From a virus (lineage: Duplodnaviria > Caudoviricetes), in IMG/VR virus record IMGVR_UViG_3300002835_000001, positions 96,001-160,000 of that record: DNA of 64,000 bases. The stretch is one strand, 5' to 3'. Position numbers and translations under genes: made by a program. The notes under the pieces are model-generated. The model was not told the DNA's origin and made no database searches. It saw nothing but the letters and a program-made list of their open reading frames with translations. This document shows positions 18,906-29,328 of the stretch, in pieces. Positions within the stretch are counted from its first letter, which is position 1; each line of letters opens with the position of its first letter.

Positions 18906-21900
18906 TTCTTCTTCTTTTTATTTTCTAATTTTGTAACCTTATCGTTCAACTCTTTAATTGCTTCAATTAATATTGCAGTCACTTTAGAGTAGTCTAATAG
19001 TTTTATTTTTTCTTCTTTATTTGATAAAACAATATTTCTATGTGATATCAATTCTGGTTGTACTTCATATACCTCATCGGCAACCATACCGATTTGTCTT
19101 GTTCTATCTTCACTATATTCTTCTAACCAATCAAATGTATAACCATTTAATTTTTCAATTTTATCTAATGCATTTTCAATTCTAACAAGATTTGTTTTTA
19201 ATTTTCTATCGGATGTTGTGTTAAAATTCGCAGCATCTACATCACCTGTTACAACTAATGAACCTGTAATTCCAATGTTAGTTGTTGCGTTATAATACGA
19301 ACCTGTCTCAACAAATAAACCTGTACTTCTTGCTCCACCAGTTGTTAATATTGCTTTACCTGCAGTTGGAGTTGCAAAATCAATTTGCATTGTATTTTCG
19401 GATACTGCAGTAATTGTTTGTGGTATTAATATTTGATTAGACGAATCATATATATCAACATTTGGGTACTGATATCCTAAATAATGACTGATAACCCACG
19501 ACCCTGTTGCGGAAGAATTTGTATATAAGAATCTATTACCATAAAAATCATTTGAACTTGTTGTTGCAAATCCTAAATTAATAATTTGTACCGATCCCGA
19601 AATAATACCAGGTGGTTTTGATGCAATATTATCCCAAGTTGTTTGTGTAATTGAACCGCTAAGAACATAACGTGTGTCATATGAACCTGTTAATTGTGAG
19701 CTACCTGAAACTATATCTGACGGTATTCCTGTTAATCCAGAATAAATAATTTGTGATGAACCCGAAACAACTCCACTTGGGAGTTGAGCAGAGCCTGACC
19801 ACACACCGCTACCATTTAATACTTGTGAACTTCCACTAACAATACCTGAAGGTATTCCTGTTAAACCACTATATGATATTTGACTACTTCCTGAAACTAA
19901 AGGTGTTGTTGTTGATACAATACTACCTGATATAAGAACTGAACCCGTAAATTGGTGTGTATCATCTAAACTATCTCCGAATTTTGTCGAACCTGATGAG
20001 AATGATGTAGTTAAATAAGTTACTGATGATGAGACGATAAATTGTTGTGCAATTAAATTACCTTGAACAGTTAAATCTCCCGTTATATTACCACTACCAC
20101 TTACATTTAATGAACCAGATATTTCAGTTTTAGTATTAATTCTTAAACCATCGGTGCTCGATATTGATGCGGTAGCCGAACCTGTTGCAATTTGTGATAA
20201 ATTTAAACCTGTTATACCACTTGCCGGTATGTCATATAAACCAGCCCCACTACCTGTGAATGAACCTGTTATAAATCCAGCAGCATATATGTTTGTTAAT
20301 CTAAGTTCCCTATAAGAACCAACCATTTCAACACCACCATATCCTGGATTAAGAACGATTGCACCATTAGAGTTAAGATATGTTTGTGAAAATATATTAC
20401 CTTGTATACTAAAGTTTGTTGCGGAATCACTTAAATTAAATGTTCCACTAATAAATTCAGATCCCGTTATATAAACGGAACCACTAATTGTTTGATTACC
20501 AATGAACACATTTGAACCGGTAGTTGCATAACTTCCTGTTTTAGATTCAATTGAATCAACCCTATTTTTTGTACCAAGAGTTGTTGTTGCAATCGATGAA
20601 CTTAAAGAACCAATACTTGTAGATACACTAGAACTAAAAGTTGAAAACCCTGTTGTTCCTGTTAACTCTACTTGAACCGAACCAGATATAACATTTTCAC
20701 TATCTAATTTACTTTTAATTGTTGTGTTAATAGAACCAGTGAAAGAATTTAATGATGAAATAGAACCAGTTATACCTTCAATAGAATCAACCCGATTTTT
20801 TAAATTAAGTGTTGTTGTTGCAACACTAGAACTTAATGAATTAATACTAGAACTTAATCCTGATGTTGTAGTTGCAACTGAAGAAGATAGTAAACCCATA
20901 CTTGAACTTACTGAACTACTAAATGTTGAATATCCTGTTGTTCCTGTAATATCAATTTGTGAACTTCCAGAAATCAATGTTGGTCGATTAACTAAACCAA
21001 AATAATCGAATGCTCCTGTTATCGAATTCGCAACTAAATCTCCGGCAACTGTTATTGTTGTTCCTGTTTCTGAAATAATTGATACATCGATATGATCCCC
21101 ACCTACTGACTTAACAATTCTACCATTAATTAAATTAGGCTCATCACCTAATGAACCTGTATTTCTTGGACCAGCAAGTAACATACCTCCTGAGTAATTA
21201 CTACCACTTACATTTTGATAAACCCAATGGTTATGTAAACTATCCCAAGCTAAAGATGCGGTACCGCTTGCACTACCACTATCATATACTTTTAATCCAC
21301 CGAATCTTTCTGCTGGTTCAAATACGTTAACAGATATAAATGAAGTTGCAACATTAAGTTGTGATGATGTTACGTATGAAATTGATGATGAACCAAGTAC
21401 CGTTAAGTTTTGTGTGATTACAACTGAACCTGTAATTTCAGTATTGGTATTGATTCTCAATCCGTTATTTGGTGATATAGATGCGGTTGCACTTCCACTT
21501 GCGATTCGTGATAAATTTAATCCTGTAATTCCGCTTGATGGAATATTATATAGTTGACTACCATCTCCCGTAAATGAACCTGTAAATGAACCTGTATTAT
21601 AAGATGATGTGAATGTATTAAAATTAGTCCGTATACTTCCACTTTCAGTTTCAAGTGAATCTAATCTACCATTTTGTGTATTATTAATCGACGCAACACT
21701 TGAACTTAAACTTCCGATTGAACTAGATATTGAACTACTTAAATTATTAGTAGTTGTTGCAACACTAGAACTTAAAGAATCAATTGAACTTGATAATGAA
21801 GAACTTAAACTTGTTATTGTACTTGTTAATCCACTTGTTGTTGTTGCAATAGAGGAACTCAATGAACCTATACTTGTAGATATACTTGAACTAAATGTTG

Positions 21901-23824
21901 AATATCCTGTCGTCCCTGTTAATAAAACTTGGATACTTCCAGATATAACACCATCACTATCTAATTTAGATTTTATTGTTGTATTAATAGAACTAGTAAA
22001 ACTATTTAAACTTCCTGTACTATTCTCAATATTATCTAACCTTGTATTTTGATTACTGTCTGTTGTGGCAATTGAGGAAGATAAACTTCCGATTGAACTA
22101 GATATTGAACTACTTAAATTATTAGTAGTTGTTACCACCGAACTTGATAAACTTAAAATACTAGAACTTAGTACTAATGTTGTTGTTGCAACAGATGAAC
22201 TTAAAGAACCTATTGATGAACTTATTGAACCGCTAAATGTTGAATATCCTGTGGTTCCTGTGATTAGTATTTGACTACTACCGCTTACAATATTAGAACC
22301 CACATAATCAATACTACCAGCACTTACCGATCCGCTAATTATATGTCCACCTTTTGCAACATTAACATAACCAGCAACAGGTGTTGAGAAATATATTCTA
22401 ATGTTATTAGTATCTATTGATTCTATTTTTTGTGGAAATATAATACTTCTATTTGTATCCCAAATAGTTACAATTGGATAATCTGAATTTAAATTATGTT
22501 CTAATGACCAAATGTCGCTTGATGAAAAATATTGAGATAGTCCACCCGGTCCTGTACCCAACGATGCAATTACTTTACCTGTTTGATTACTAGGAAATGT
22601 TATTGTTGCATTGTTAATATCTATTGTTGTGATTTGTGATGGTAATATAACACTACCATTAGAATCAAACACTTGAAATATTGGATATCTTTGACCTAAA
22701 TTATGTTTAAATGACCATGTTGTTGCAGGTGTTGTTTGATTTAACACCGCATATGCACCATCTGTAACTGAAGTAGTTCCACCACCCGCACCAGCATTTA
22801 ATGCAAATGCTGCGGTTAACGCATATGATGCACTTAACACATTCATCGAAGATGTTTGTGATGTTAATACAACACTTGATGTAAATGTATTAAGAGAATT
22901 AACCGAACTAGATAATGTTGTAATGGAACCTGTAATAGTATCCATTCTATTATTTAAAGATGATGATAATGTTGTTGTGCTAATGTTTAATTCTTTAACA
23001 TAACCATTACCATTTGTGTCCGTAATTGATGTTGTAATTTCAACACCTCCTGTTGGTATAATTTCAAACGCATCTGAACCTGTTGCACTTAATATTGGTG
23101 AACCCGAAACAAAAATATCTTTAAAATGGGAACCAATTGATACAAACGCAGTGCCTGGTACTGACTCACTAACATTTAAACCAGTACTATCATCAAATTG
23201 TAATTTTGTAAATTGTTTGTTATATGTGTTACCCTCAACATCTGAACCTGAAATTTGAAATGGAACATTTATTAATCCAAGTGCACTACCACTAAATGCA
23301 GATGCACTTACCGAACCTGATGATAGTATATTAAAACTAGTAAATATACCTCCATTTGGTACTACTAAGTTAGAAGATTCAATTCTAACATTAGAACCAC
23401 TTAAAGGTGCAATTCTATTAACACTTAATAAACCATCTATTATAACTGAACCTGTAATTTCAGTCTTAGTGTTAATTCTTAATCCATCTGTTTGTGAAAT
23501 TGATGCAGTTGCACTTCCATCCACAATTTTGTTTAATTCTAATCCAGTAACACCACTTGATGGTATATTATATAATTGACTACCATCACCTTTAAATGAA
23601 CCTGAAAAATTTGATGCTGTTACATTTCCTGTGATGAAAATTGAACCTGTATTAACCGTGTTTGTTGAGATTAATTCCTCAACTGATGGTCCGAGAGAAC
23701 CTGAAACCGCCATGTAAACTTTACCGTCGGTAGTGTTTAATGCCAATTCACCTAATTGTAGGTTTGAGTTTGTTGGTTTTTGACCTGATACACTACTCCT
23801 ACGCAGTTTTACTATTTGTGCCAT
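18902..23824 (-). CDS. Long tail fibre with C-terminal intramolecular chaperone (peptidase S74) domain
   Basis: 1640 aa; N-terminal MAQIVKLRRS...GELALNTTDG anchor; C-terminal TSDRKLKTN...IGMVADEV...LDYSKVTAILIEAIKEL. Confidence 0.85.
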   Translation of the reverse strand: MAQIVKLRRSSVSGQKPTNSNLQLGELALNTTDGKVYMAVSGSLGPSVEELISTNTVNTGSIFITGNVTASNFSGSFKGDGSQLYNIPSSGVTGLELNKIVDGSATASISQTDGLRINTKTEITGSVIIDGLLSVNRIAPLSGSNVRIESSNLVVPNGGIFTSFNILSSGSVSASAFSGSALGLINVPFQISGSDVEGNTYNKQFTKLQFDDSTGLNVSESVPGTAFVSIGSHFKDIFVSGSPILSATGSDAFEIIPTGGVEITTSITDTNGNGYVKELNISTTTLSSSLNNRMDTITGSITTLSSSVNSLNTFTSSVVLTSQTSSMNVLSASYALTAAFALNAGAGGGTTSVTDGAYAVLNQTTPATTWSFKHNLGQRYPIFQVFDSNGSVILPSQITTIDINNATITFPSNQTGKVIASLGTGPGGLSQYFSSSDIWSLEHNLNSDYPIVTIWDTNRSIIFPQKIESIDTNNIRIYFSTPVAGYVNVAKGGHIISGSVSAGSIDYVGSNIVSGSSQILITGTTGYSTFSGSISSSIGSLSSSVATTTLVLSSSILSLSSSVVTTTNNLSSSISSSIGSLSSSIATTDSNQNTRLDNIENSTGSLNSFTSSINTTIKSKLDSDGVISGSIQVLLTGTTGYSTFSSSISTSIGSLSSSIATTTSGLTSTITSLSSSLSSSIDSLSSSVATTTNNLSSSISSSIGSLSSSVASINNTQNGRLDSLETESGSIRTNFNTFTSSYNTGSFTGSFTGDGSQLYNIPSSGITGLNLSRIASGSATASISPNNGLRINTNTEITGSVVITQNLTVLGSSSISYVTSSQLNVATSFISVNVFEPAERFGGLKVYDSGSASGTASLAWDSLHNHWVYQNVSGSNYSGGMLLAGPRNTGSLGDEPNLINGRIVKSVGGDHIDVSIISETGTTITVAGDLVANSITGAFDYFGLVNRPTLISGSSQIDITGTTGYSTFSSSVSSSMGLLSSSVATTTSGLSSSINSLSSSVATTTLNLKNRVDSIEGITGSISSLNSFTGSINTTIKSKLDSENVISGSVQVELTGTTGFSTFSSSVSTSIGSLSSSIATTTLGTKNRVDSIESKTGSYATTGSNVFIGNQTISGSVYITGSEFISGTFNLSDSATNFSIQGNIFSQTYLNSNGAIVLNPGYGGVEMVGSYRELRLTNIYAAGFITGSFTGSGAGLYDIPASGITGLNLSQIATGSATASISSTDGLRINTKTEISGSLNVSGSGNITGDLTVQGNLIAQQFIVSSSVTYLTTSFSSGSTKFGDSLDDTHQFTGSVLISGSIVSTTTPLVSGSSQISYSGLTGIPSGIVSGSSQVLNGSGVWSGSAQLPSGVVSGSSQIIYSGLTGIPSDIVSGSSQLTGSYDTRYVLSGSITQTTWDNIASKPPGIISGSVQIINLGFATTSSNDFYGNRFLYTNSSATGSWVISHYLGYQYPNVDIYDSSNQILIPQTITAVSENTMQIDFATPTAGKAILTTGGARSTGLFVETGSYYNATTNIGITGSLVVTGDVDAANFNTTSDRKLKTNLVRIENALDKIEKLNGYTFDWLEEYSEDRTRQIGMVADEVYEVQPELISHRNIVLSNKEEKIKLLDYSKVTAILIEAIKELNDKVTKLENKKKKK

Positions 23825-23892
23825 ATGTATGGTTCTCTCCTATGTGTTTGTGGTATATACCACGATTAATTATGACCTATATAGGTCTTAAC

Positions 23893-23900
23893 TATAAATA
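23893..23900 (-). promoter_or_regulatory. TATTTATA motif just downstream of a terminator
   Basis: Between the terminator at 23925-23953 and ATG 23824. Confidence 0.6.
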
Positions 23901-23924
23901 CACAAAAATTAGGATTAAATAAAT

Positions 23925-23953
23925 AAAAAAAGGAGGTTTTTTAGACCTCCCTT
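23925..23953 (-). terminator. Intrinsic terminator
   Basis: GGAGGT-loop-ACCTCC followed by T7 on the minus strand. Confidence 0.75.
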
Positions 23954-23973
23954 TATTTTAATGTTTTTAAATT

Positions 23974-26409
23974 CTATGAATATGTACCTCCGTCGATTAC
24001 GGTTGAGAATTTAAGTGCTCCATCTGCATTTTTATATCCTAAAATTCCATCAAGAACATCTGTTGATTCCGTTGCTGAAACATAACCTAATACGTTAGAT
24101 GAGTTTCTAAATACAACCTGAGATGTCTTAGTTCCTGCGTCTGCACCTCCACCAGCACTAACCGTTACGTTACCCGCAATTAAAGTAGCACCATCTGATG
24201 CTGTTACTTGGAATTTATTGGTATTATAACTTAATGTTGTACCATTTTCTGTTAATAAACTATCACCAATTGTATTTGCTGAAGTTGCTTTTGGTATTGT
24301 TCCACTTGTTAAACTAACTTCAGAACCTTGTTCTCCGAATGTTGTACCAACAAATTTACTACCTGAATTATTTTGATTAGTTAATAACCAATAATCGTTT
24401 TGTGAATCCCATAACACCGATGAAGAAATACCTGATGAACCTGAATCCATTACTTCAAAACCAGCATATCTCAAGAAAGGAGAATAGGCGTTCATTCTAA
24501 TAATGTTGTCGTCGATTTCAACCGTTTGTGATTGGATAATAACATTTGTTGATGAACCCAAAACTTCCAAATTACCCGATACATATAAATTTGCTTGCAA
24601 TTGTGTATTTCCTGTTACTGTTAGTACACCGTTTACAGTTAAGTTACCATTGTTTGTTAAACCATTTGTGGTTAATGAACCTGAAGTTCTAACGTCTCCA
24701 TCATTTGTGTCAACTTCGAATTGACCGTTTCCGATTTTGAAAACAGTACCATTATAAGTAAATCCTGAACTATCAATTAATGAACCGCCAGCACCTACGG
24801 TTACAATTCTGTCTTGTGTTAAATCTTCAACGGTTGCGGACGCTAATGTTGCTTCACTATCAACATTAATTGTTGATTTAAATTGTGCAGAACCTGTAAC
24901 ATCTAAAGTTGAATTCATACCTACAGCCCCTCTTAATTCTGATGTAGAGTTTACTTGTAAGGTTGATTTTAAAGTTGCAGAACCTGTAACATCCAAACTT
25001 GAGTTCATACCTACAGCACCTTTAAGTTGTGATGTTGAATCAACCTGTAATGTTGATTTTAAAGTTGCTGAACCTGTTACATCCAAAGTTGAGTTAAGTC
25101 CTGTTGCACCTTTAACTTCTAATGTTGAATTTAGAGTTGATGAACCTGTAACATTTAATGAAGAACTAACAAATACACCGTTTACACCAACAAGTGTTGC
25201 TGTTTGTGCATAATCATCTATTTTTAAATAATTTGTGTCATCACCGAAGAAATTTAAATCTGCATTACCCACAAAGTGAATATCTGTATAACCTGAAGGT
25301 CCTGCACTATTATAAATTTCAAAAAGTCTTGAGTCATCTAAATCGGGTTTCAAATATAATGAACCTGTACCTTGAATATTTGTTACTTCAAGAGCACCAG
25401 ATAAATTTAAATTACCATTATCAAAAGTTAAACCACTATAATTTGTTAATAAACCTTGACTTCCAACAACAACCATTCTCTTTTCGGTCAATTGATCATT
25501 GTAAACTGAACCGCTAATTACTGTGATATCACCACCGTTACCTAAGAAAGTACTACCACTTACCGTTAAATCTTCTAAAACCCCTAAATCTGTAAAGTTT
25601 ACTTGATTTGCTTCTAATGTGTTAATGTATGCTGTACCACTTACGTGTAAATTTCTCCAATTTTGAGAAGAAGATCCTAAATCAAATGCGTTGTCCACAT
25701 CTGGTATGATTGAAGAACTAACATCTGCACCGAATGTAACTAAATCTGTTGTTTGGTCACCAATACTAATATTACCCTTTAAAACTATATTACCATCAAT
25801 CGTGGCATTTCCTGTTAAATTTAAATTAGAACCTGAAATATCTCCCGTCACTACTACTTTTCCACCGACACTCATATCAGTTGTTACTCTAACATTTGAC
25901 CCTGAAATTGTGGATCCTGTGATATTGGTAACATTTGCATTACTACCAGTTAAAGATGTGATATTACCATTTGTACTTGTAAATGTTGTTCCTGTTAAAT
26001 TAGAGAAATTACCGTTACTACCTGTAACACTCGTAATGTTAGCATTAATTCCCGTTAAAGAATTGATGGTTACACCTGAAATTGTATTTCCTTCAATATT
26101 ACCTGTTAGGTTAATACCACTATTACCACTTTTATCTAAAATGTATAAGGTTTTTGTATTTGTAGAATAGAAAGGTAATCCGTCCAATGTTGAACCGTGA
26201 GCTCCAACACTAATTTCCGGTGCCGCCGCTCCTTGATAAATTTTAGATACAGGTTTATATCCACCAGCAACTGCTGTGTCTCCAATGAACAATACAGGAG
26301 CGTTTAGATTTTCTATAGAACCTGTTCCCATTACCAATTCACCGACGTTTGCGGTTACGTCTTTTAGTGATAGTATCGAACCTCTTCTGTGTTTAATTAT
26401 TTGTGCCAT
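23974..26409 (-). CDS. Tail fibre / fibre-proximal structural protein
   Basis: 811 aa; MAQIIKHRRG...GELVMGT N-terminus similar to 18902..23824; beta-repeat shaft; ends IDGGTYS. Confidence 0.7.
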   Translation of the reverse strand: MAQIIKHRRGSILSLKDVTANVGELVMGTGSIENLNAPVLFIGDTAVAGGYKPVSKIYQGAAAPEISVGAHGSTLDGLPFYSTNTKTLYILDKSGNSGINLTGNIEGNTISGVTINSLTGINANITSVTGSNGNFSNLTGTTFTSTNGNITSLTGSNANVTNITGSTISGSNVRVTTDMSVGGKVVVTGDISGSNLNLTGNATIDGNIVLKGNISIGDQTTDLVTFGADVSSSIIPDVDNAFDLGSSSQNWRNLHVSGTAYINTLEANQVNFTDLGVLEDLTVSGSTFLGNGGDITVISGSVYNDQLTEKRMVVVGSQGLLTNYSGLTFDNGNLNLSGALEVTNIQGTGSLYLKPDLDDSRLFEIYNSAGPSGYTDIHFVGNADLNFFGDDTNYLKIDDYAQTATLVGVNGVFVSSSLNVTGSSTLNSTLEVKGATGLNSTLDVTGSATLKSTLQVDSTSQLKGAVGMNSSLDVTGSATLKSTLQVNSTSELRGAVGMNSTLDVTGSAQFKSTINVDSEATLASATVEDLTQDRIVTVGAGGSLIDSSGFTYNGTVFKIGNGQFEVDTNDGDVRTSGSLTTNGLTNNGNLTVNGVLTVTGNTQLQANLYVSGNLEVLGSSTNVIIQSQTVEIDDNIIRMNAYSPFLRYAGFEVMDSGSSGISSSVLWDSQNDYWLLTNQNNSGSKFVGTTFGEQGSEVSLTSGTIPKATSANTIGDSLLTENGTTLSYNTNKFQVTASDGATLIAGNVTVSAGGGADAGTKTSQVVFRNSSNVLGYVSATESTDVLDGILGYKNADGALKFSTVIDGGTYS
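24860..25150. repeat. ~3 tandem 90-nt (30-aa) repeats
   Basis: GA(V/T)G(M/L)NS(T/S)LDVTGSA(T/Q)(L/F)KST(L/I)xV units at a 90-nt period. Confidence 0.8.
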
Positions 26410-26431
26410 GTTTTATCTTTACTTTGTTTTA

Positions 26432-26439
26432 TATAAATA
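26432..26439 (-). promoter_or_regulatory. TATTTATA motif
   Basis: aaagTATTTATA, 22 nt upstream of ATG 26409. Confidence 0.55.
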
Positions 26440-26451
26440 CTTTATTTTTAA

Positions 26452-27255
26452 TTAGAAAAAACCATCCCCACAATCAATTATGGAATTATTTGACCTATCC
26501 GCCCATGTTCCAAGATTTTGTATCGTTAAAGAGGCCGCAACAACTTGTGAATTTATTTGATTTTGGACAATACTCATTGCACCAGAAACTACTAAAGATT
26601 CAATATTTGGGTCTATTTTTTGAACTAAAGTTGTTTTACCCTCAACAATTAAATCACCCTTTATTCTCATCGATCCATACATACTAAGTGAACCAGTAAC
26701 TTGTAAATCATTTGTTGTTGCGTAAAATGAACCTGTTGGTTTCCAAATATTTGAGTCTTGTACGTTTGCAATTGACGCAGAAAATGAAGATGAAAGGGTA
26801 GTAAAATCACTTTGTCTAATTAATTTTTCTTCACTTCCTAATGGTCCACCCTTCCAATAATCTAAATTTGTGTCCCAAAGTAGTGACCCCGATATCGTAT
26901 TGGGTGATGTTGGGTCTTTTATTAATAAACCTCCATTTACCGCTGATGTACCATTTAATTCTATAACATTGTCACCAATAGCAACTGTCGTTGAATTAAT
27001 GGCTGTTGTTGTACCCTTTACTAAAAGGTTACCCTTTACTGTTAAATTTGAACCTGTGGTCTCTAATGCGTCTTTTAGTGATGCCGTATATAAATTTAAT
27101 CCATCGGAAGATGATCCAAGTGAAACACCTGAGATAAATAAATTATCAGCGTAAACCGCGTGTAGTGCGCCTGAAACCGCCCCTAAGTCTATAACCGACC
27201 CTGAGGGAACGTTTGTGGTATCAATTTGGAGCCAATTTATCTGTTGTAATGCCAT
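26452..27255 (-). CDS. Tail-fibre-like structural protein
   Basis: 267 aa; contains the module IGDNVIELN...GGLLIKD...SGSLLWD shared with the fibre genes. Confidence 0.6.
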   Translation of the reverse strand: MALQQINWLQIDTTNVPSGSVIDLGAVSGALHAVYADNLFISGVSLGSSSDGLNLYTASLKDALETTGSNLTVKGNLLVKGTTTAINSTTVAIGDNVIELNGTSAVNGGLLIKDPTSPNTISGSLLWDTNLDYWKGGPLGSEEKLIRQSDFTTLSSSFSASIANVQDSNIWKPTGSFYATTNDLQVTGSLSMYGSMRIKGDLIVEGKTTLVQKIDPNIESLVVSGAMSIVQNQINSQVVAASLTIQNLGTWADRSNNSIIDCGDGFF

Positions 27256-27275
27256 GTAAAACTAAAGTCTTTTAC

Positions 27276-27283
27276 ATAAATAC
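27276..27283 (-). promoter_or_regulatory. TATTTATG motif variant downstream of a terminator
   Basis: aaagTATTTATG, 20 nt upstream of ATG 27255. Confidence 0.5.
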
Positions 27284-27304
27284 TTTTATTCTACTTCTTT
27301 GCAT

Positions 27305-27330
27305 AAAAAAAGGGACTAATGTCCCTTTTT
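27305..27330. terminator. Intrinsic terminator (potentially bidirectional)
   Basis: A7-GGGAC-taat-GTCCC-T5. Confidence 0.8.
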
Positions 27331-27334
27331 ATTT

Positions 27335-27607
27335 TTAAATATATGTTTTGATTATTTTAACTATCTCATCTTTATCTCGGTAATCCCTACCAGGGACAAA
27401 AACAGGACCATCGTCTTCACCATTTAGACTTATAAAAACCGTCGGTAAGGAATTATGTCCAGTTTGTTTAACAACCTTATTCCATATTTCTTCATGTTTA
27501 CTCACTTCAATTTCTGTGTATTCAATACCTTCATTGTTTAATTCTCCTTTTAATACTGAACAATGACCGCACCCGTTTAAAGTGAATATAATAATTCTAT
27601 TTGGCAT
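27335..27607 (-). CDS. Glutaredoxin-like protein (NrdH/Grx fold)
   Basis: IFTLNGCGHC...YTEIEV...LPTVFI. Confidence 0.8.
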   Translation of the reverse strand: MPNRIIIFTLNGCGHCSVLKGELNNEGIEYTEIEVSKHEEIWNKVVKQTGHNSLPTVFISLNGEDDGPVFVPGRDYRDKDEIVKIIKTYI

Positions 27608-27912
27608 TATAAATTATCTAAAATATCTTTATAAAATCCGTTAGGTTGTGCACCTTGTGATCTGTTTATTAATTCCTCTCCTTTGTAAACTATAACTGTT
27701 GGTATTGACCTAATACCCATTTCAATCGCAACATCACTATTTTCATCTACGTTGATTTTAATGAATGAGGTATTTGGGTACTCTTTTTCAATGTCCTCTA
27801 ATCTTGGGATTAATGTTTTACAAGGTCCACACCATGGTGCCCAAAAATCAACTAATACATTTTTTCCTTCTAATTGTAATTCTTTTAATTTATCTGCTGT
27901 TACGTTTTCCAT
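27607..27912 (-). CDS. trxA: Thioredoxin
   Basis: VLVDFWAPWCGPCK...INVDEN...IRSIPTV. Confidence 0.92.
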   Translation of the reverse strand: MENVTADKLKELQLEGKNVLVDFWAPWCGPCKTLIPRLEDIEKEYPNTSFIKINVDENSDVAIEMGIRSIPTVIVYKGEELINRSQGAQPNGFYKDILDNL

Positions 27913-27921
27913 ATTTAATTT

Positions 27922-28989
27922 TTAAAATCCGATTTTACTTTTATTTGTTGTTTTGAATAGTTCAACATCTACATTATATATATCGGCTAAAGTCATTCCC
28001 TCTGTTACTTCATGGTCTTTTTTAAGATGTTTTAAAAGACTATTTGATTCCTCGACTGATAACTTACTAAACTTGTGTTCAGCAATTAAACGACCCTTAC
28101 GAAGTAACGCTTGGTCGATTTTTTCTCGTTTCATATTAAAGGTGGCAACAATTTGAATAGATAAACAATCACCTAAAATACCATCGGTTAAATTAAGGAT
28201 GTTAGACACTCCCGCAGGTGAGCCATTACCTTCTCTATCTGAAATTACTCTTTCAGCGTCTTCAATTACTAAAATTGCATTTTTATGTTCCATTAAGAAT
28301 GGAATAATTGATGGTTCAGATAACATCTCCGCCATTGATGGTGGAATAAACAGAATGTCCTTTTCTTTAATTAACGTACTAAGATATTTGATGTATGAGG
28401 TTTTCCCCGTTCCAGGATCTCCGTGTAATAATATAATTCCCTTTCCGTTATTTTCGTTTAATTTTTTAACAATTACATCGTGAACTTTAATAAACTCAGA
28501 ACCATAATTTAATTCCAATTCCATTGGTGGAACATATAAATCATATTCTTCAGTATCCATGTGTCCGTGTTCACTTTTAACCAATTGGATATTAGATTTT
28601 TTTCTTGTCTTTTCGAATTTTTTTAATTCTTCGGTTTGTAGTTGTTCTGATAGTTTACCATTCTTTATATCGTAAACAATATCAAGTTGGATTAAGGGGT
28701 CTTTGTCTTTACTGGTGTTACCAATAACTCTAATCATGATTTTCTTCTCATGATTAATATACAATGATTGTGACGATAAATCGTATCTTCTATTTGATGA
28801 AAAAATATTTGTCTCTTCTTTAAATCCTAAACTTAAAAAATAATCAATAATTATTGGGTCGTAACTTAAATTATTAACAAATTTTGATGGTAACGTATCA
28901 TTTAAAATAAGGTAATATTGTTCTGTTGGTATTTCACTTCCGTAAACTGTATCGTATAGAGGATAGTTCTCTGGTAAATGTCTTGTCAT
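27922..28989 (-). CDS. AAA+ ATPase
   Basis: Walker A GDPGTGKT, Walker B LVIEDAE, sensor ATFN, arginine finger ALLRKGRL. Confidence 0.9.
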   Translation of the reverse strand: MTRHLPENYPLYDTVYGSEIPTEQYYLILNDTLPSKFVNNLSYDPIIIDYFLSLGFKEETNIFSSNRRYDLSSQSLYINHEKKIMIRVIGNTSKDKDPLIQLDIVYDIKNGKLSEQLQTEELKKFEKTRKKSNIQLVKSEHGHMDTEEYDLYVPPMELELNYGSEFIKVHDVIVKKLNENNGKGIILLHGDPGTGKTSYIKYLSTLIKEKDILFIPPSMAEMLSEPSIIPFLMEHKNAILVIEDAERVISDREGNGSPAGVSNILNLTDGILGDCLSIQIVATFNMKREKIDQALLRKGRLIAEHKFSKLSVEESNSLLKHLKKDHEVTEGMTLADIYNVDVELFKTTNKSKIGF

Positions 28990-29025
28990 GTTACAATAAT
29001 AAAATAAAATAGTTAAAAAATAAAG

Positions 29026-29328
29026 TTAATTAAGACAAATTTTGTAGTAACCTCTCATATCAATAAAGATATTATCTTCGTTAGTCTTTGATAATTCATC
29101 TTTATTAACTTCAACAGTAAACACAACTTGTCTTAATGATTCAAATTGTTCTTTACTTAAAGTAGGATAACCAAATTTTTGAAAATTCTCTTTAGATAAT
29201 TCTGTCATTCGATTATAAAAAGAGTCAACATCAGAATCTCCAATAAAGTATTGTGTGGCTTCTGTGTTGTTTGAAAAATACAATTTAACTTTTTGAATGT
29301 ATATTAAAATTTCTGCGGATAAGTCCAT
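29026..29328 (-). CDS. Hypothetical protein
   Basis: 100-aa ORF coupled to nusG. Confidence 0.7.
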   Translation of the reverse strand: MDLSAEILIYIQKVKLYFSNNTEATQYFIGDSDVDSFYNRMTELSKENFQKFGYPTLSKEQFESLRQVVFTVEVNKDELSKTNEDNIFIDMRGYYKICLN

